DNA of 35,652 nucleotides from a virus (Duplodnaviria; Heunggongvirae; Uroviricota; Caudoviricetes): IMG/VR virus record IMGVR_UViG_2850773344_000006; one strand, 5' to 3'. Shown piece by piece: positions 28,378 to 35,652 of this stretch (position 1 is its first letter; each line of letters starts with the position of its first letter). The notes under the pieces were generated by a model. It saw only the letters and a program-made list of their open reading frames with translations, ran no database searches and was not told where the DNA came from. The position numbers and the translations under genes were made by a program.

Positions 28378-28829
28378 GCCGTAGTCCCTTCTTGATATTT
28401 TTCAAACCAGAACACAACCGGGTCAGATTTCATTTCAACCAATCCCATACGAACCAGCGCTTTGCCTTTCCCGGACGCAAGGAATTCACGACGACCATCA
28501 CTGATAATTCGTCGATAATCTTCCAGGCTACTGCAATGCTTGTGCAGATTGCATGGGTGGCATTCTGGTACCATGTTGGATATATCGTCACGTTCCTGGT
28601 GAAGCATATTTCCATCAAAACGAATGACCGGTTTTACATGGTCTGCATGCCACTTTTCGCCAAGTTCGCAGCCGCAATAAGCGCAGCGACCACCGAACTT
28701 CATGCGCAGTTCTGCACGTTGTTTTTTCGTCAGTGCCATATCAGCTTTCCTTATACGGATTAATTTTATTGTGCAGTGTGTTGAATGACGCCCATACCAC
28801 GTCGTTATACAATTCAATAACTGGCTCAA
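28374..28829 (-). CDS. HNH-type nuclease-domain protein (151 aa)
   Basis: CAYCGCEL...WHADHVKPV...ECHPCNLHKH: two Cys pairs flanking an H-D-H core. Confidence 0.6.
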   Translation of the reverse strand: MSQLLNCITTWYGRHSTHCTIKLIRIRKADMALTKKQRAELRMKFGGRCAYCGCELGEKWHADHVKPVIRFDGNMLHQERDDISNMVPECHPCNLHKHCSSLEDYRRIISDGRREFLASGKGKALVRMGLVEMKSDPVVFWFEKYQEGTTA

Positions 28830-29051
28830 TTATTTTTCCGATTATCCAGACAAAAATTTGCGGGGATATCGGTGTCATCAACACGATAAACAGAATGAGA
28901 AACAGGAATTCTGTTGTTCTACTCTTTCGCGGATATTTTTTTCTAAATAATGTAACCATTCATTACCGCCCTTTCGGGCGGTCTCCTGATGATTTGAGGG
29001 TGCAGAAATCCCTCCGGTTAAGGATTAAATTTTTAACAGTGCTAAATTTAA

Positions 29052-29465
29052 TTATTCAGTTCTGGATTTTGTCGCCCTGCGTATCCGCGCTTTCGCGTTA
29101 CGCTCAATCTGTATCAGCTTTTCTATATTTCTCCGCCTTTCCTGTTCCTCCTGGCGCAATAGCCTTACATCATCTGCCAGTCTGGTTTCTCTTTTTGCCA
29201 CAGAGAGCATCCAGTCAAACGGCTCCACAACCGCACCGCAGATTTTACAGCGGACCTGACGCTCTTTTTCGTCAACCCGTACAGAGGCGTGATGGCAATA
29301 TGGTCTTTCCGATGGCTTATAAAGAAAATTAACCTGATTACGAGGGTCATCCTCTTTTATCGGAAATAAAACGATATTGCTTAACTCATCTTCTGGTTTT
29401 ATTTCCATGCTCCTCTCCTTTGATGCGAATGCCAGCGGTAATTGAAGCCTGATAGCTAATTTCAT
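29052..29465 (-). CDS. Hypothetical zinc-ribbon protein (137 aa)
   Basis: CHHASVRVDEKERQVRCKICGAV Cys/His cluster and basic C-terminus. Confidence 0.5.
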   Translation of the reverse strand: MKLAIRLQLPLAFASKERSMEIKPEDELSNIVLFPIKEDDPRNQVNFLYKPSERPYCHHASVRVDEKERQVRCKICGAVVEPFDWMLSVAKRETRLADDVRLLRQEEQERRRNIEKLIQIERNAKARIRRATKSRTE

Positions 29466-29888
29466 TCACAGTATCGCCTCCTGAAAATTACCCTGATAGA
29501 AAGCCAGTACACGCTGCATAGCTTCGCTCTTCCGGCACTCGCGACAGATTATATTCAGGCGCCTGTCGTAGCGGCGTATTTCTCCGTCAGGTAATGACCA
29601 GATAAGGTCCGGATCAACAACAACCGGTTTCCTCACCTTTACTCTCGAGAGTTTTTTGCGGGCGCTTTGCCAGTCCTTGCGAGCCTGTTCAGACGGGAAT
29701 AAGCCGTAGCCAGAATTATATACATCACCACTTGCGACCAGTTCTATGCATAAGCGACCGACAGACGCACGACTGATACCTGTTTCATCGGACAACTGCC
29801 GAATCGTGACCCGACCGTCCTGATGCACGAGTTCCACAATTCGCGTCTTCAGTTCTTCCCGCTGTTCGGGAGTAAAAGGTTTCGCCAT
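29466..29888 (-). CDS. Hypothetical HTH/winged-helix protein (140 aa)
   Basis: RVTIRQLSDETGISRASVGRLCIELV suggests a DNA-binding fold. Confidence 0.45.
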   Translation of the reverse strand: MAKPFTPEQREELKTRIVELVHQDGRVTIRQLSDETGISRASVGRLCIELVASGDVYNSGYGLFPSEQARKDWQSARKKLSRVKVRKPVVVDPDLIWSLPDGEIRRYDRRLNIICRECRKSEAMQRVLAFYQGNFQEAIL

Positions 29889-29902
29889 AAATCCTCCTGA
29901 AA

Positions 29903-30649
29903 CTACTTAACAACCCTCGAATGGCTAACATTCGGACGCCAGCTCTCCCAGTTAAAATTCACCCAGCGCCCGCCGTTCATGACCATGCGATCCATCACCC
30001 GCTCGCCGAGCAATGTTTTCATCACCTCATAGTTCAGGTTTGTCAGCATCCCCACACCGCGTAACGATGCCGTCCGGCGATCAACAATCTGGTTCAGTAC
30101 CACCTGCTCGTTTTTCGTATCCCGCTGCATGCCAATTTCATCCAGGACCAGCAGGTCAACACCACAAAGCTCCTGTAAAAATTTTTCACCGGATTTGCCG
30201 TTGTCGTAGCTCTCATGCAACACGCTCATGACATCGGACACGATGACGATAATCACGCTACGCCCCTTCGCCATCAGCCGGTTGCCAATCGCGGCTGCAA
30301 GATGATTTTTTCCGGTGCCGGGCTTACCGCTGAACACAAAATTCGTACAGCCTGTCATCAGTTCGTCAGCTATGGATTTCGCCTGACTCAGTGCATGTCG
30401 CTGACCGTCGTTCTGCGCCCGGTAATTCGCAAACGAACACTTCCGGTGCAACGGCTGGATGCCGGAGCGGTTCAGGATTTTTTCCACCCGCAACTGACGA
30501 TTCAGGCGGTTGATCTCCTCGCAACGTTTCTGGCCTTCAGCAAGTTGCCACTCGCGCCACTCCGCAACCGTTCTGAATGGGGCGGTTACATGTGGTGGGG
30601 TCAGTCTGCGGATACGCTCCAGAACGCCTCCTGTCGCAATATTTTTCAT
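29903..30649 (-). CDS. DnaC/IstB-like AAA+ replication helicase loader (YdaV-like)
   Basis: Walker A GKPGTGKNHLAAAIG and Walker B LLVLDEIG; 248 aa. Confidence 0.75.
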   Translation of the reverse strand: MKNIATGGVLERIRRLTPPHVTAPFRTVAEWREWQLAEGQKRCEEINRLNRQLRVEKILNRSGIQPLHRKCSFANYRAQNDGQRHALSQAKSIADELMTGCTNFVFSGKPGTGKNHLAAAIGNRLMAKGRSVIIVIVSDVMSVLHESYDNGKSGEKFLQELCGVDLLVLDEIGMQRDTKNEQVVLNQIVDRRTASLRGVGMLTNLNYEVMKTLLGERVMDRMVMNGGRWVNFNWESWRPNVSHSRVVK

Positions 30650-31487
30650 GGTCTGTTACCCCCTGAAGCCTGGCGGGATCGCACTGTCCGGCAACGAGAC
30701 GGTGTTAACCTGTCGGAGCAACGTCTCAGGCCGAACACCTTTCGGCGCGAACAGACCCTGGTATTCATTGGCGATGCTGTGTCGAATCACCTGCTCAGGT
30801 GTAAAACCCTGCTGACGGAATTTTTCCAGTTCCCGTATCGCCCCGTTAGCGCCCAGCTCCGTTCGAATCGGTTTTCGCAATGCCTGCCTGAACTGGACCC
30901 ACTCATGCCAGAGTGTTTCTGGCAACCAGTCGGGCAGATCAACTGACAACGGGTCAAATTTTTTCTGGCGAACAGCCCCACCGATAACCAGAATTCCCTG
31001 CTCGGTGTGCCTTGCGATATCACTGCGCCGCAAGACACATATCCCGGTTTCAACAGCACCGATTTTGAGCAGTGATTTCTGTCGCGGAGAATTTCGGTCA
31101 AGCTCGATCCCACACCGGACACCGTTCCTGTCAGTCACGACGATATCAATCCGCCCTCCGCAACCGTCACCACGCTCTGGCACCGGATACTCACGACAGA
31201 CATCCAGGCCAGCAGCCTGCAACGCAACCACCGCAGAATTACAAAATTCCGCTGCAGTACCGCCAGATAATCTCCCCTCAAGCACTCCAGCCACAAAATC
31301 CCGAAACTCCCTTCCGGAAGGGAAGGGTTTGGGATGGGTTAGATCTGTTTTTAGATCTTTATCTGTATCTTTATTAGTTGCCTTTGTGTTGGCATCTAGA
31401 CTGGCCCCCTGAATCTCCAGACAACCAGTATCACTTATTTAAGTGATAGTCTTAATACTAGTTTTTAGACTAGTCATTGGAGAACAG

Positions 31488-31853
31488 ATTATTGATGTCT
31501 TAGGGCCGGAGAAACGCAGACGGCGTACCACACAGGAAAAGATCGCAATTGTTCAGCAGAGCTTTGAACCGGGGATGACGGTCTCCCTTGTTGCCCGGCA
31601 ACATGGTGTAGCAGCCAGCCAGTTATTTCTCTGGCGTAAGCAATACCAGGAAGGAAGTCTTACTGCTGTGGCCGCCGGAGAACAGGTTGTTCCTGCCTCT
31701 GAACTTGCTGCCGCCATGAAGCAGATTAAAGAACTCCAGCGCCTGCTCGGCAAGAAAACGATGGAAAATGAACTCCTCAAAGAAGCCGTTGAATATGGAC
31801 GGGCAAAAAAGTGGATAGCGCACGCGCCCTTATTGCCCAGGGATGGGGAGTAA
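31488..31853 (+). CDS. insC: IS2 InsC (orfA); the canonical start position reads ATT here
   Basis: Protein [25 protein letters not shown]...; the codon at 31488 is ATT where I recall ATG in reference IS2. Confidence 0.7.
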   Translation: MIDVLGPEKRRRRTTQEKIAIVQQSFEPGMTVSLVARQHGVAASQLFLWRKQYQEGSLTAVAAGEQVVPASELAAAMKQIKELQRLLGKKTMENELLKEAVEYGRAKKWIAHAPLLPRDGE

Positions 31854-32716
31854 GCTTAGTCAGCCGTTGTCTCCGGGTGTCGCGTGCGCAGTTGCACGTC
31901 ATTCTCAGACGAACCGATGACTGGATGGATGGCCGCCGCAGTCGTCACACTGATGATACGGATGTGCATCTCCGTATACACCATGTTATCGGAGAGCTGC
32001 CCACGTATGGTTATCGTCGGGTATGGGCGCTGCTTCGCAGACAGGCAGAACTTGATGGTATGCCTGCGATCAATGCCAAACGTGTTTACCGGCTCATGCG
32101 CCAGAATGCGCTGTTGCTTGAGCGAAAACCTGCTGTACCGCCATCGAAACGGGCACATACAGGCAGAGTAGCCGTGAAAGAAAGCAATCAGCGATGGTGC
32201 TCTGACGGGTTCGAGTTCTGCTGTGATAACGGAGAGAGACTGCGTGTCACGTTCGCGCTGGACTGCTGTGATCGTGAGGCACTGCACTGGGCGGTGACTA
32301 CCGGCGGCTTCAACAGTGAAACAGTACAGGACGTCATGCTGGGAGCGGTGGAACGCCGCTTCGGCAACGATCTTCCGTCGTCTCCAGTGGAGTGGCTGAC
32401 GGATAATGGTTCATGCTACCGGGCTAATGAAACACGCCAGTTCGCCCGGATGTTGGGACTTGAACCGAAGAACACGGCGGTGCGGAGTCCGGAGAGTAAC
32501 GGAATAGCAGAGAGCTTCGTGAAAACGATAAAGCGTGACTACATCAGTATCATGCCCAAACCAGACGGGTTAACGGCAGCAAAGAACCTTGCAGAGGCGT
32601 TCGAGCATTATAACGAATGGCATCCGCATAGTGCGCTGGGTTATCGCTCGCCACGGGAATATCTGCGGCAGCGGGCTTGTAATGGGTTAAGTGATAACAG
32701 ATGTCTGGAAATATAG
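31811..32716 (+). CDS. insD: IS2 InsD (orfB, DDE transposase)
   Basis: 301-aa ORF overlapping insC in the -1 frame. Confidence 0.85.
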   Translation: MDSARALIAQGWGVSLVSRCLRVSRAQLHVILRRTDDWMDGRRSRHTDDTDVHLRIHHVIGELPTYGYRRVWALLRRQAELDGMPAINAKRVYRLMRQNALLLERKPAVPPSKRAHTGRVAVKESNQRWCSDGFEFCCDNGERLRVTFALDCCDREALHWAVTTGGFNSETVQDVMLGAVERRFGNDLPSSPVEWLTDNGSCYRANETRQFARMLGLEPKNTAVRSPESNGIAESFVKTIKRDYISIMPKPDGLTAAKNLAEAFEHYNEWHPHSALGYRSPREYLRQRACNGLSDNRCLEI

Positions 32717-32954
32717 GGGCAAATCCAGCATCATGTTCGAACACCACTCCAACATCTGTTTGAACACCTGTTAAATTTCTCTCTTGTTTTGTTTGAACAT
32801 CTGCTTCCTTTCTGCTTCTTCTGGCCTGAACAGATGCTTTTCCTGCGGCTGATTTTTTGGTTAATTTTTCTCTGACAGATGCCAGATCTTCCTCAATCCG
32901 AAGATGCATCCATTCGTCGCCGTTATCACAAAAAAACTCCCGCAAGTGAAGTGG

Positions 32955-34123
<1,169 letters not shown>

Positions 34124-34495
34124 TGGAGCACCTGTGTTGTTCTGAGGTGAGCATATCACCTCTGTTCAGGTGGCCAAATTCAGTGTGCCACTTCAAAGGA
34201 TGGTTCAACATCAACCCATCGCTCGTTAGTCAGACGGGCAATTTTTGCCAACCTGTTTTTGGGTATTGGCTTTCCTGTTTGCCAGTAATTGAACATCAGC
34301 AACAAATACGCGCCGTGCTCCTCTGCTGACAAATGCATGGTGTCAGCCAGGTAATCAGCTATGTACAGTTGCATGTATGGTAATGCGGCCATAATTGCCC
34401 CGTATGATGCTACCCGGTTGCTTAGAATAAGTGAGGTAGCCTGAGTTTAACGGACACTCCTTCCTGAAATAGAATGGCATCAGAAGGAGCTAATA

Positions 34496-34798
34496 ATGAG
34501 CAGAAAAACCCAACGTTACTCTAAAGAGTTCAAAGCCGAAGCTGTCAGAACGGTTCTTGAAAATCAACTTTCGATCAGTGAAGGCGCTTCCCGATTATTC
34601 CTTCCTGAAGGCACTTTAGGACAATGGGTTACCGCCGCCAGAAAAGGGCTCGGTACTCCTGGTTCCCGCACGGTGGCTGAACTGGAATCTGAAATTCTGC
34701 AACTGCGTAAGGCGTTAAATGAAGCTCGCCTTGAGCGAGATATATTAAAAAAAGCAACAGCGTATTTTGCACAGGAGTCGCTGAAAAATACGCGTTAA
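34496..34798 (+). CDS. IS600 orfA
   Basis: 100 aa; one substitution (S to F) relative to the other copies. Confidence 0.9.
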   Translation: MSRKTQRYSKEFKAEAVRTVLENQLSISEGASRLFLPEGTLGQWVTAARKGLGTPGSRTVAELESEILQLRKALNEARLERDILKKATAYFAQESLKNTR

Positions 34799-34833
34799 TC
34801 GAACAATGGCGACAACAATTTCCCATTGAAGCG

Positions 34834-35652
34834 ATGTGTCAGGTATTTGGTGTATCCAGGAGCGGTTATTACAACTGGGTACAGCATGAACCCTCAGACA
34901 GAAAACAAAGTGATGAGCGGCTAAAACCGGAGATTAAGGTGGCACATATCCGCACTCGCGAAACATATGGAACCCGGCGGCTCCAGACGGAGCTGGCAGA
35001 GAATGGCATCATCGTTGGTCGTGACCGACTGGCACGTCTTCGTAAGGAGCTGAGGCTACGCTGTAAGCAGAAACGCAAGTTCAGAGCGACTACGAACCCG
35101 AACCACAATCTGCCAGTTGCGCCAAATCTGCTGAACCAGACGTTCGCTCCTACAGCACCAAATCAGGTCTGGGTGGCGGACCTGACGTATGTTGCCACAC
35201 AGGAGGGATGGTTGTACCTCGCTGGCATCAAAGATGTTTATACGTGCGAAATTGTCGGCTACGCCATGGGAGAGCGCATGACAAAAGAGCTGACAGGTAA
35301 AGCCCTGTTTATGGCGCTCAGGAGCCAGCGCCCACCTGCCGGGCTAATCCACCACTCTGATCGAGGTTCACAGTACTGCGCATACGATTACCGGGTCATA
35401 CAGGAGCAGTCTGGTCTGAAAACATCAATGTCGCGTAAAGGTAACTGTTACGACAACGCTCCGATGGAAAGCTTCTGGGGAACGCTGAAAAATGAGAGCC
35501 TGAGCCACTATCGTTTTAATAACCGGGATGAAGCCATCTCAGTAATACGGGAATACATTGAGATTTTCTACAATCGTCAGCGTCGTCACTCTCGTCTGGG
35601 GAATATCTCCCCGGCAGCCTTCAGGGAAAAATATCATCAGATGGCTGCTTAA
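34834..35652 (+). CDS. IS600 orfB transposase, intact
   Basis: 272 aa, identical to copy 3; stop codon is the last triplet of the window. Confidence 0.9.
   Translation: MCQVFGVSRSGYYNWVQHEPSDRKQSDERLKPEIKVAHIRTRETYGTRRLQTELAENGIIVGRDRLARLRKELRLRCKQKRKFRATTNPNHNLPVAPNLLNQTFAPTAPNQVWVADLTYVATQEGWLYLAGIKDVYTCEIVGYAMGERMTKELTGKALFMALRSQRPPAGLIHHSDRGSQYCAYDYRVIQEQSGLKTSMSRKGNCYDNAPMESFWGTLKNESLSHYRFNNRDEAISVIREYIEIFYNRQRRHSRLGNISPAAFREKYHQMAA

Larger units (their letters stand above)
31397..32727 (+). mobile_element. IS2 (1331 bp) with 5-bp target duplication GCATC
   Basis: Ends TAGACTGGCCCCCTGAATCTCC and ...GGGGCAAATCCA; GCATC at 31392-31396 and 32728-32732. Confidence 0.9.
34432..35652 (+). 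mobile_element. IS600, copy 4 (runs off the right edge of the window)
   Basis: Left end TGAGGTAGCCTGAGTTTAACGG at 34432; orfA and intact orfB present; right terminus not in window. Confidence 0.9.

Noticed and set aside
28741-28959. 72-aa hydrophobic ORF overlapping the start of the HNH-domain gene
   Set aside because: Overlaps the better-supported HNH ORF by about 90 nt on the same strand in another frame; could be a small membrane protein but cannot be supported from sequence alone.

Overview
This window reads as a Shigella-type chromosomal accessory region: a short backbone stretch (yebW-like gene, pphA) followed by a heavily IS-decayed mosaic of prophage remnants. Roughly one third of the window is insertion sequence: four IS600 copies, three IS1 copies, one IS2, one IS911 plus a 61-bp IS911 end fragment, and one IS66-family element. 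Cargo genes are an ipaH-family effector gene with an exact MxiE box, and sitABCD with Fur-like and MntR-like operator sequences. Phage content includes a decayed tail-fibre module, a Rac/Qin-like early region (ydaU/ydaV-like replication genes, small accessory genes, hokD, nin-like genes, Q-like gene with downstream terminator), an IS600-disrupted antirepressor, four tightly packed tRNA genes, and a 534-aa tyrosine integrase. The most unusual feature is the 0.8 kb non-coding segment just downstream of the integrase: it carries a mismatch-free 23-bp T7 RNA polymerase promoter consensus, an AT-rich block and arrays of short tandem repeats, resembling a T7-like genome terminus or origin. All calls come from reading the sequence and from remembered family features; no database search was run, so product names taken from memory are flagged as such.
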